Part shown: positions 1 through 9,410 of the stretch, piece by piece
Numbering within the stretch: position 1 is the stretch's first letter
Layout: every line of letters begins with the position of its first letter
Source of the DNA: Octopus sinensis
Taxonomy: Eukaryota
DNA length: 13,697 nt
NCBI RefSeq assembly: GCF_006345805.1
Contig: NW_021826058.1
Span: 1-13,697 of the forward strand
Direction of reading: 5' to 3'
Notes under the pieces: generated by a model
Told to the model about the DNA's origin: nothing
Databases searched by the model: none
The model's input: only the letters and a program-made list of their open reading frames with translations
Position numbers and translations under genes: made by a program

Positions 1-220
1 TCATATTCCCCCAACTCACACTGTTCCAATTTAAATTTAATTTAAAAAAAAAAAAACATATTGAGGAATATAATCCTACAATGCATCACAAAAATGGGAT
101 GATGATTACTGGAATACTTTCGATGAGATCTGCTTGATCAGCGCTGGTGGTTTCATAACAACTGTTCATAACAACAGTATTTGCTCTAAATCGTTCCATG
201 CATACACTTTTCCTCATATT

Positions 221-307
221 TATATATATATATGTTGTATTATATATATGTATATATATATATAGTATCTATCTATATATATCTATATCTATATCCAATA
301 TATATAT

Positions 308-350
<43 letters not shown>
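221..350. repeat. (TA)n microsatellite, left flank of the direct-repeat element
   Basis: Near-pure TA dinucleotide run directly visible. Confidence 0.95.
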
Positions 351-351
<1 letters not shown>

Positions 352-759
352 GTATCTCGACCAACATGTGTCCCCGCTACCGAAACGGTAATTATTTCTA
401 CGCCAGCTATGTTGTTGTTTTGTTTTTGTCTCATTTGGTCTAAAGTCGTATGACAACCACCGTTATATATATTTTGTTTATTCATTACTGTTTTCAATTT
501 CGTTTTCGTCTCTTGTATTCACATCCGTCTTGTGCGTTCACATTCCTGTCTTCTACCAAGAATCTAATGCTTACAGCTTAGTTTTTTTTTTCTTGGGGCT
601 GGCCGAGTTGGAGCAAATATCAGAATTGAACAGCCGAAATTTGCTATGATGATTCGGTGTCTGACTGAAGATTGAAGGCTTCGAATGATTTGTCTGTGTT
701 CCGTGTTCGTCCTTCCTGTATTTCACGTTCATTATATATAAAAACATTCATTCTTATAT
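349..759. repeat. Direct repeat R, copy 1 (~410 bp, uninterrupted)
   Basis: Matches 1067-1095 plus 2814-3190 almost base for base (ttcgtatctcgaccaacatgtgtccccgctaccgaaacgg...aaacattcattcttatat); differences are mainly homopolymer-length indels. Confidence 0.95.
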
Positions 760-1076
760 TTTGCGGCGTTACTACGTGCCCCCCCCGTTTGTTTGTCCAA
801 TTTTAAACCCTGCACGACTTCTATACACACTGTCTTTCCTACCCGCCATTGCTTCTTCACCAAACATTTTGGCGCCCTCCGATTCTTCCCCTCTCTTCCT
901 CCCATCCTCCCCTCCCTCTTCCTCCCATCCTCCTTAATCCCTTCTTTCTCCTTTTCTCTTGGTCACTGATTCTGTCCCCTGCCTTCCACCTCTTTGATTC
1001 CCTCTCTCTCTGTCTCTCTCTTTCTCTCTCCTGCGACCTGCTGCTTCTTAAACCATTCTGTTGGCCTTCGTATCTC

Positions 1077-1095
1077 GACCAACATGTGTCCCCGC
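1077..1095 (+). repeat. Left copy of 19-bp target-site duplication gaccaacatgtgtccccgc (right copy 2795-2813)
   Basis: Identical 19-mers flank the insertion; the same 19-mer occurs once, uninterrupted, at 359-377 in R copy 1. Confidence 0.95.
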
Positions 1096-2794
1096 GGATC
1101 AGTTGTCTGTTTGTCAGTTTGAGTTCGGTCGTGTTTTTTACGCTCGTAAAATTCGGTAAAAAAAGATCAAAAAGAATTGTTGTGTGTTGTGGAAATTTTG
1201 AACGGCGTTTAAAGCGGTTTCGCGTTCCACTGGTTCTGCGCGGTTACACTATTTCTGTTTTGACGGCCGTTTTGGCCTGTCAGGCGGGAGGAGATGGATG
1301 ACCACTCCCTAGTGGAGGAGTCGGAGGAAGAATGGATATTTGAGAGCTTGTCGGAGACATCGAACTCTGAAGACGAGCAAATCGGTGATGTAAATAATGT
1401 GGAGAAAAAAACAGGAAAACGTACGCAGGAGTTGCAAAAAAGAAGACGGAACAGAAAAAGAAATAAACCTAGAAAAATTGCCAGGTTTCCAGAGGTATAT
1501 GAGGAAGGACAGCGGCGAGGTGGAACTGGAACCACCACCAAAGAGAAAGGAATGGTACAATAAGAGGACCATAATTTACAGGGTGTTCGTGAACGAAAGA
1601 AAGAAAATAGAGATCGTAAACATGGAATGATAGAGGAGGCCCTGAGAAGATCGGAGGAGGAAATCATTTTCCTGACTCGAGGATCGAAGTACGGTACTGT
1701 AGTGGTGCATTTTAAAAGTGAGACTGCAGCGAGGAGGATGGCGGTGAAGGCGGTGAAGTCAGAAAGGGTAACACTTTTACCTATGTACTTGAATAGAAGG
1801 ATCACACGAGTAAGGGTGGAGGGAGTGCACCAAACGTGGAGGCTGAGTGGATTGTGGCGGCTGTGATCAGCGGCCACGAGGAGAAAGTAGATATTCTCCA
1901 TGCCTCGGTCAAGACCGAGGGCTGGAGAGGCGTAATGTGGAGCTGAACGTGCAGGCGGAGAGCGAGGTACTGATGGACCTGGCGGAGAGCATTAAATTGG
2001 GAGACGTGATTATGAGAGTGTGGGGGGAGGGCAGAGCTCCACGTTGTTACAAGTGTGGCCTGAGGGGCCACATAAGAGCCTTCTGCCCTCCCCCACCAAG
2101 AGAAAAGGAAATCGTTGAGGAAACTCCAAAAGAAGAGGCCCCAAAAGAAGAAGAAATTAAAGAGAAGCAGACGGAAGGGAAATGACAGAGGAGGAGGAGA
2201 TGCAAAAAGAGTGTGAGGAGGGCAGAAAGAAGAGAAAAGGAAAGAAAAGGAAATACTGTGCGAAGCCCCAACCCCCCCAATACCACCCACACCCTTGGAG
2301 ACCCATCCTGCCCCCGCAAACAGCAATCCCACCCACTCCCCGCCTACAAGATAAACGAAAACAGACACACAGAACATACAAAAGCCCCAGTCCTACTTTT
2401 TATGTGTTGTGGGGAAGGGGGATACTGAGAACGCAAGAAGGCTTTTTGAAGACGATGTATGGCAGGAGCATGAGGATGGAAGCTATGCGGTATTCGATTT
2501 TGAACTCATGGGCTCTTTGATGAGCAAGTGCAATGAACTACGTATAAATTGTTTATCAGCATTTATGAAGGATGATATGAGAGAGAAATGAAAGGTGAGG
2601 TGAAAAACTTTGGAATCGTGATAGGAAACGGAAAGGTAAGTGATGCTGGCGGAGGGGGCCGTTAGCATCGCTTTCCATGTTATCATTTTTTCATTTTAAC
2701 ATTCATTTAATCATAATTTTAATCGCATTGTTTTATGTCCCCCATGTTTTGTAATGTTCCCTCTTCGTGGCCCCTAGTGGGTAATAAAGAAATA
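1096..2794 (+). mobile_element. Non-autonomous non-LTR retroelement carrying ORF1 only (HAL1-like organisation; clade unresolved, ORF1 resembles the L1/Tx1 RRM+CCHC type)
   Basis: 19-bp TSD; Inr-like TCAGTT at the 5' end (1099-1104, 1114-1119); ~200-nt 5' UTR; gag-like ORF1 with CX2CX4HX4C; AATAAA at 2783-2788 and an A-rich end; no endonuclease or RT sequence seen between ORF1 and the tail. Confidence 0.85.
1294..2591 (+). pseudogene. Frameshifted LINE ORF1 (gag-like nucleic-acid-binding protein: acidic N-terminus, RRM-like region, one CCHC zinc knuckle, charged/Pro-rich linker, C-terminal domain)
   Basis: ORF-track pieces 1294, 1397, 1627, 1847, 2182 and 2409 join through six single-base shifts: MDDHSLVEE...KLPGFQRYMRK...GTVVVHFKSETAARR...RRITRVRVEGVPPNVEAEWIVAAV...EGRAPRCYKCGLRGHIRAFCP...GKGDTENARRLFEDDVW...DDMREK. 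The knuckle CYKCGLRGHIRAFC is at 2045-2086. One further shift could extend the end to 2665. Confidence 0.82.
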
Positions 2795-3183
2795 GACCAA
2801 CATGTGTCCCCGCTACCGAAACGGTAATTATTTCTACGCCAGCTATGTTGTTGTTGTTGTTTTTGTCTCATTTGGTCTAAAGTCGTATGACAACCACCGT
2901 TATATATATTTTGTTCTTCATTACTGTTTTCAATTTCGTTTTCGTCTCTTGTATTCACATCCGTCTTGTGCGTTCACATTCCTGTCTTCTACCAAGAAAT
3001 CTAATGCTTACAGCTTAGTTTTTTCTTGGAGCTGGCCGAGTTGGAGCAAATATCAGAATTGAACAGCCGAAATTTGCTATGATGATTCGGTGTCTGACTG
3101 AAGATTGAAGCTTCGAATGATTTGTCTGTGTTCCGTGTTCGTCCCTTCCTGTATTTCACGTTCATTATATTAAAACATTCATT

Positions 3184-3185
<2 letters not shown>

Positions 3186-3224
<39 letters not shown>

Positions 3225-3248
3225 TTAATTATATATATATATATATAT

Positions 3249-3293
<45 letters not shown>

Positions 3294-3479
3294 ATGTATA
3301 TATATGTATATTATATGTATGTACATTATATATATGTATATATTGTGTATATATATATGTATATATATATGTGTGTATATATATATATATTATGTGTATA
3401 TATGTGTATATATATAATATTATATATAATATATATTCTAAGTAATATATATTATGTGTGTGTATGTATATATTTATAA

Positions 3480-3514
<35 letters not shown>

Positions 3515-3560
3515 ATATATATTAATATATATATTATATATATATATATATATAATATAT
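3186..3560. repeat. (TA)n/(TG)n compound microsatellite, right flank of the direct-repeat element
   Basis: Directly visible. Confidence 0.95.
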
Positions 3561-3729
3561 TCATTTTCACAGGCGCCGTCTTACATGAGTTCAAACTGAA
3601 TATCAACCGTATCTATGTTGCCTGTCTGTGCGGCCAACAGGAGTCATGGTTCCTGCTCCTCCTTTTCTAAGTAATTAATAATAACTTTTTGGGGGAAAAA
3701 TAATCATCATCATAATCAGCATCACCCCA

Positions 3730-4295
3730 CTTCCTCACCATCGCCACCACCACCACCAACACCACCACAATCACCACCACCATTATCACCACAAACGACT
3801 TTAGTACCAACAACACTAGCATTACTAACACCGTCACCACCGCTACCACCTCCACTGCTACCGTCACCACTACCACTGATACACCTACCTCAACCACCAC
3901 CACACCACAACCACCCATCACCACCACCACCACCACAACCACCACCACTACAACCACCCCAACCTGCACACCAAAACCACCCCGCCACCATCACCACAAC
4001 CACCACAACCACCTCCACCACCACCACCATCACTACAACTACTACCGCCACAACCACCATAACCTGCACACCAAAACCAACACACCACAATCACAACCAC
4101 CACAACCACCTCTACCACCACCACCGCCACGACCACCACACCAAAACCACCCCACCACCATCACCACAACCACCACCACCACCACCACCACCACCACCAC
4201 CACCACCACCACTATCACCACTGCCATTACCCTACCACAACCGCAACCACCACTATCACCACCACCACCACCGCCGCCGCCGCCGCCACCACATC
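3730..4295. repeat. (ACC)n-based low-complexity tract with higher-order subunits
   Basis: ACC/CAC trinucleotide runs; aacctgcacaccaaaacc recurs at 3961 and 4061, and cacaccaaaaccac at 4137. Confidence 0.9.
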
Positions 4296-4671
4296 CTACC
4301 ATCTGAAATTCTTCTCCACACTTGGAAACGCTCCCGAGATGTTGTTTACAGGAAAGTATTAGGACGAAAAGGATTAGAAACATAAAAAATAACGAAATTA
4401 AGAAAATACAACAAAACAAATGAAATAGAAATGAAAAAGCTGAATAATATATTTTTTTTTTATACCTTCCAAGGTTATGTCTTTGAAAAGTATTGTAAAA
4501 TTCTTTAATCGCTGCCAGGAATAAAGAAGCGGATAAATAAAATGGAGTAAAATAAATAAATGAATTTTCCTTCTTAATGTTATCAATCCTTTTCACAACA
4601 TTTGGTCTGTTCATTGGTCGTTGTTTGTAACTCAGTTTTAGAAAGCATTGGTATACTCATATGTTTTATAT

Positions 4672-4978
4672 TATACTAGCAGTATCGCCCGGCGTTGCTC
4701 GGGTTTGTAAGGGAAATAACTATATAAGCATTTTCAGATAGTTACTTCCCTTATATAATAGCAAAAAATTGCATTAAAAATGGGAAAAAATGATGGTAAT
4801 TTTTTTTTAAATCGTAGACTCATCGTAGACGCGAGCTAATACCCAGAAGGGCTCGATATGAATCACGACTATAAGATACCTGCTTTTGGTTAAACTGCAC
4901 CGCAAAAGGTGGGAGTAGTTAGGAATCTAAATCTTAGGAGACAGACACTCACACAACTTCACTTTTATATATAAAGAT
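4672..4978 (+). mobile_element. Lep1/DINE-1-like non-autonomous Helitron/Helentron-associated element
   Basis: Begins tatactagcagtatcgcccggcgttgctcggg (short hairpin), has gacagaca near the 3' end and ends ttttatatataaagat. This layout resembles Lep1/HINE elements; the family call is by pattern recognition. Confidence 0.6.
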
Positions 4979-5029
4979 ATACTCATATATATTATATTTT
5001 GCTTCGTTTCTTTTCTTCTACATTCTTCC

Positions 5030-5347
5030 CCTCTGTCTGTCTATATACGTATACTTATATTGATATCTATACATACACACACGCATTTATACATGCATAT
5101 ATATACACAGACATGCACACACTTTAACACACATATATGCCTCATTCTCTCTCTCTTTCTCTGTCTCTCTCTCTCTATCTGTCTATCAATCTATATTTGT
5201 CCGCCTTTCTGATTTTGCATATATGTATGTGTGTATGCGTGTGCGTGTGTTTGAGTATATATGTATATATGCATATATACATTCCTTTTTTATGCCCTTT
5301 TATACACACACACATATGTATATTTATATGTATGTGTGTATACATGC

Positions 5348-5389
<42 letters not shown>

Positions 5390-5479
5390 ACATGTATGTA
5401 TGTATGTGTATATATATATATAGATATACATATATACATACACACAACACATACACATATATATATATATATATATATA

Positions 5480-5517
<38 letters not shown>

Positions 5518-5620
5518 TGTCTACTCCTGACGCATTATCTGACCACTCCTTGTACCTACATCTATCTATCTAATTGGCTATATATATAGATATAGATATA
5601 GATATAGATGGAGAGAGATA
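5030..5620. repeat. Compound (CT)n/(TA)n/(CA)n/(GATA)n microsatellite region
   Basis: Directly visible. Confidence 0.9.
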
Positions 5621-5654
5621 GCCACACAAATAATGGCACGCATATACCTGAATT

Positions 5655-6207
5655 GCGGATGCTGGCACAGCTATGTGTCAGGTCCAGGATTACGATCCGC
5701 AGAATAGGAGTGGTTGGTAAAAAAAAAAATTTCGCCATTTTCATTTCGGTTTCCGTGTCTTTTCTCACTTGACCATGATCATGAATGTTGACCAATGACC
5801 GAAAGAGTGCGAACGCGGACACAAGAAGCAGAAATGGGTTTCCTACGAAGAGTCTCCGGAGTAATGTTACTCGACAGGGTGTGTAACTCTGAGATCAGGA
5901 AGTCTCTCCAAGTTGAATCTATAATTATAGGAATTGAGAGGTGAAAGCTCCTGTACAATGGACATGTGATTAGAATGTCACAAGGAATCGCAAGACAGAT
6001 TCTTGAAGCCGAAAACAGCCGGCAGGAGACCTTGGGGTAGACCAAGAATGTGAAGGTCCGATAATATCCGTAGTCTCAGTCAAGCTTGGGAATCCAGCAG
6101 TTAAGTGTAATGACTGTTGCTTCTAATAGGATCCTATTGAGTTGCTGCCTGAAATCTTTCCTCCTACCACCCTCCTAGGAATAATGGGAAGAGAAAAATG
6201 AATGGAT
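5655..6207 (+). mobile_element. RTE-clade LINE, degraded 3' fragment (post-RT C-terminal part of the ORF plus 3' end)
   Basis: From 5795: MTERVRTRTQEAEMGFLRRVSGVMLLDRVCNSEIRKSLQVESIIIGIER*KLLYNGHVIRM, then GRRPWGRPR in a shifted frame. This matches the RTE pattern EMxFLRR...DRVRN..IR...LRWxGHVxRM...GxRPRGRP. It ends in gaaaaatgaatggat. The 5' boundary is approximate. Confidence 0.88.
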
Positions 6208-6472
6208 CGAAATTTCTGATGCATCGAAAATTAAATATGAGTTTAATATTGTCTTCATGTGTCTTCATGTAAATACACAAAATGGTTAATATAAACCAGT
6301 GTTAGACGGATGTAGAGTCTATAATTATTGTGTATTTAAAAATAAACGGGATTATTTCCTTATACTTAAAGATTTTGTACAACCATCCCCACCAGTAAAT
6401 CATCGACATCAGTAAATCATGAGATGCCATATTCCCTAATATTAAGACCCACGCGGAAGAGGATAAAAAAAT

Positions 6473-6650
6473 CACATGTGCAATCATCAGAGAACGTTGC
6501 TTATGACGATTTGAGTCGCGCGCACCGCAAAATTTGACGTCATATCCCTAAAGATTTAATGGATAGCCAACTAAAATGCCGATTGCTTTTAGCTGTCCAA
6601 CCCTATCTCCTATATAAGAATGCATGCAAAAGGCATCTCTGTTCAGCACT
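6473..6650 (+). promoter_or_regulatory. Candidate Pol II promoter (CRE + TATA + Inr-like)
   Basis: TGACGTCA at 6535-6542, TATATAAG at 6611-6618, TCAG at 6643-6646, local CpG enrichment, palindromic CACATGTG at 6473-6480. Confidence 0.35.
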
Positions 6651-7460
6651 AAGCGCACGTTGATGCACAGACATGACTGAGCGTAACATCACACTATTTC
6701 TCCGGGAGACATTTTGTAAAGGCAATGGAAGACGATCGAAATCAGCTACAAGCACTAAAAATTACAACTACACTACAATAAAGATTGCCACTCTTGAATA
6801 GGCCTTCAAATTCATCGCATTCGTTGTACCAATCAGTATAATGGGAGGAAAAGGAAGAAAGGGTATTTGAGCGACGAGGAAAGAGGAAGATAGAAAAAAA
6901 GACATTTCTATTGTCTCTTGTGAATGAAGAAAGGTCATTGGTGAAGTTGTGTGTATGTGTGTATGTGTGTGTGCTTGTGCGCGCGAGAGTTTGTGTGCGT
7001 TCTTATACATAAAATCGAAGCTTAAAAAGCGTTGTTATTCCACAATTCCAAAGAAAAAAAAAACATTTCCTCAGAATTGTATTCAAGGAAGAATGATGAA
7101 ATGTGCTAAATTCGTAGTGAAAGGTTGAATGCAATACGGAATTCAGTAGGATAGAATACATGAAATATTCGAGTCACTAGACTGGAAATCTTCCGTTTGT
7201 ATGTTATGCCTGCAAGGAAATTGAATTTTGATTTAAACTCAACACATCTAATATTAGAACAATGCCAATAGAAATTCACCGTTTAGAGAGGTGCAGCTGA
7301 ATAATGCATTGTTTTGCTTGGAATTCTGTTAGTCTAGATACTGGTTGTATATATACTTTGGTGTTTAAGTTTGTTATTTCAGGCCGCAAACTGGCTGGAT
7401 TTATTCCGATAATACATGCTAAATCAAGATTCAATGTATCTTTAGAATGGCATGTAGATG

Positions 7461-7474
7461 AATAAATAAATATA

Positions 7475-7509
<35 letters not shown>

Positions 7510-7510
7510 A
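7461..7510. repeat. (AAAT)n microsatellite
   Basis: Directly visible. Confidence 0.95.
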
Positions 7511-7705
7511 CAAGTTATAGGACTGACGGCCGAAAGTAGATGGTTCGTATCCCATTCGCAATTTTAGGACTATTATACCTATTAACAATAATCTTAGCTC
7601 TTGCTGTCCCGTTATAAGTCACTATAAATAGGTATCATGGATAAAGAATTTTGACAGTTGCTTGTAGCAGAAACACAAACACATATACGCACATGTGTGT
7701 ATGTG

Positions 7706-7938
7706 TAGGTATATTGTATAGTAAGTAGCTGGCTTACCAACCATATAACTCTGGGTTCAGTCCCACTGCGTGACACCTTGGGCAAGTGTCTTCTACTATA
7801 AGCTCGGGGCGACCAAAGTCTTGTGAGTGGATTTGGTACACAGACACTGAAAGAAGCCCATTAAGTGTGTGTGTGTGGTGTGTGTGTTTGTCCCCCACCA
7901 TCGCTTGACAACCGATGTTGGTGTGTTTACGTCCTCGT
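7706..7938 (+). mobile_element. tRNA-derived SINE, family A, 3'-truncated
   Basis: B-box-like gggttcagtccc at ~7753; core accttgggcaagtgtcttctactata...tgtgagtggatttgg...ctgaaagaagccc is homologous to 9953-10100; internal (TG)n. Confidence 0.85.
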
Positions 7939-7998
7939 ATTTTATGTAGTATACATATATATATATAAATATATATATACATATATATATATATAACT

Positions 7999-8042
<44 letters not shown>

Positions 8043-8090
8043 AACACAACACACACATATATGTGTGTGTGTGTATGTATACGTATGCAT

Positions 8091-8455
8091 AATAAATAAC
8101 AAATGGTGGATAATGGTTCATTCACTACAGCTGTTTCCAATGAGTTTTTGTTTTTGATGAATAGAGGCATTACATTATGCGTAAAGAAAACGTTTTCCTC
8201 TGGTGAATATACGCGAATTACACATTAAAAGGGAAAATTCGAAAAATCATCAGTTTATGCATTTCATAATTCTCTGATTAGTAATAGTCTAAAGATTTTT
8301 GGAACGTTTTCTTTAAATGTACAATTCGTGTATATTTACCTGATGAAAACTGCTTTTTTTTTTCGCATGACGCAATATCTCTATTAATCAATAAAAAGAA
8401 ACTCGATGGAAACAGCTGTAGCGAATGAACCATTATCCAGCTGTAGTTATTTATT
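8091..8455. mobile_element. Long foldback (MITE-like) inverted repeat, arms ~150 bp
   Basis: ggataatggttcattcactacagctgtttcc (8108-) is inverted at ggaaacagctgtagcgaatgaaccattatcc (-8438); complementarity continues inward to ~8250/8295. Confidence 0.8.
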
Positions 8456-8794
8456 TATCATTCACCTTACTCGCAACCTGCTATTAACGTAGATCTGGGC
8501 TCTATTAAATGCAGTACAATTAGCGCAGTTTGTTTTTCTAAATACAGCCTTGGGACTCATAATATATTCAGTTGGATGCGGTTAGTCGTATATAGAACTT
8601 GGGTAGTAATCTGTCTATATGTCGGTATGTAGGTGTTTGTTACACTGATTTCATTGTATAGGCGATTTCCAATATTTTGACCCGACCCGGTGCTTCATTA
8701 TTTAAGTACCTGATTCACTTGAATCCTGAATCCTGTGTGTGTGTGTGTGTGAATTTATATGTATACTCGTACGTGTGTGGGTATACACAGGCAA

Positions 8795-8943
8795 ACGATT
8801 TCCACATAGTTTCCATCTTCCAAATTCATTCACAAAGAACTGTTAGGCCCATGGCTATACTAGAAATGCTTGCTCAAGTTGCCGAGTAGTGAAACTGAAC
8901 CCGGAATCATGTATTTGTGAAGGGAGTTTCTTAATCACACACA
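8795..8943 (-). mobile_element. tRNA-derived SINE, family A-related, head and core on the minus strand
   Basis: Its reverse complement aligns with the 7706 and 9953 copies (ttccgggttcagtttc...acttgagcaagc...tctagtatagcc...tgtgaatgaatttgg). Confidence 0.8.
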
Positions 8944-9234
8944 CACATATAACCGTATTTAAATGCCATTAGCCACAAAGAATAATCTCTAATTCGAGTC
9001 TACTCTAAGCTACTAAGAATACGTGTGGCAACTTGAAGATCCACCCACCACACGCGATAGACTGGCGGTAGCACGGGCGCGAAAGCTACGTTGTTATCCT
9101 CATTCCGTAAATAGTGGCTTTTAACGGGTAGAGAGCTGAACCATCCTGGGGTACAGAGGATTCGCAATATAGACTAGGTTCTGAAAGTTTACCACACCAT
9201 AGTGGATTACACCATGATTCCTCTACTTTGTGGC

Positions 9235-9410
9235 AGAAGCAGGAAGAAAGTTGTGGTGAAAGAGTACAGTGGGGTTCACTACCTACCCCGGCGGAGCCTC
9301 GTGGAGCTTAGTTGTTTTTGCTCAGTAAACACTCACAATGCCCGGTCTGGGAATCGAAACCGCGTTCTTACGACCGCGAGTCCGCTACCCTGGGCCATTG
9401 CGCCTCCACT
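9235..9410 (-). mobile_element. tRNA-derived SINE, family C (distinct head), 3'-truncated
   Basis: Reverse complement agtggaggcgcaatggcccagggtagcggactcgcggtcg...ggtttcgattccc has an A-box-like and a clear B-box motif, followed by non-tRNA body. Confidence 0.75.

Larger units (their letters stand above)
1067..3190. repeat. Direct repeat R, copy 2, split by a 1.7 kb insertion (R sequence at 1067-1095 and 2814-3190)
   Basis: Removing 1096-2813 restores a contiguous copy of R. Confidence 0.92.

Noticed and set aside
665-690. CTGAAGA...GAAT hammerhead-like core in R (also at 3098)
   Set aside because: GAAT replaces GAAA, and I could not build stems I and III.
870-877. TGGCGCCC primer-binding-site-like motif
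   Set aside because: It lies ~110 nt from the end of R, and the match does not extend as a recognisable tRNA 3' complement.
1209-1901. 230-aa minus-strand ORF (and 1802-2377, 2047-2319)
   Set aside because: Antisense shadows of the purine-rich ORF1, with no motifs.
349-3190. Reading the whole block as an LTR retrotransposon (R = LTRs, ORF = gag)
   Set aside because: The start of R also occurs at 1067 and a 19-bp TSD brackets 1096-2794, so the coding part is a separate insertion into R copy 2. R lacks TG...CA ends.
3716-4360. Mucin-like Thr-rich exon in the ACC tract
   Set aside because: The register drifts between Thr, His and Pro runs across the repeat units. ACC repeats are stop-poor by composition, and there is no supporting splice structure.
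7523-7536. CTGACGGCCGAAAG hammerhead-like string
   Set aside because: The core is not CTGANGA and there is no room for stem II.
9330-9410. Functional tRNA genes at SINE heads (also ~13170-13260, 9953-10020)
   Set aside because: They have only A/B-box similarity, no complete cloverleaf, and each continues into SINE body.
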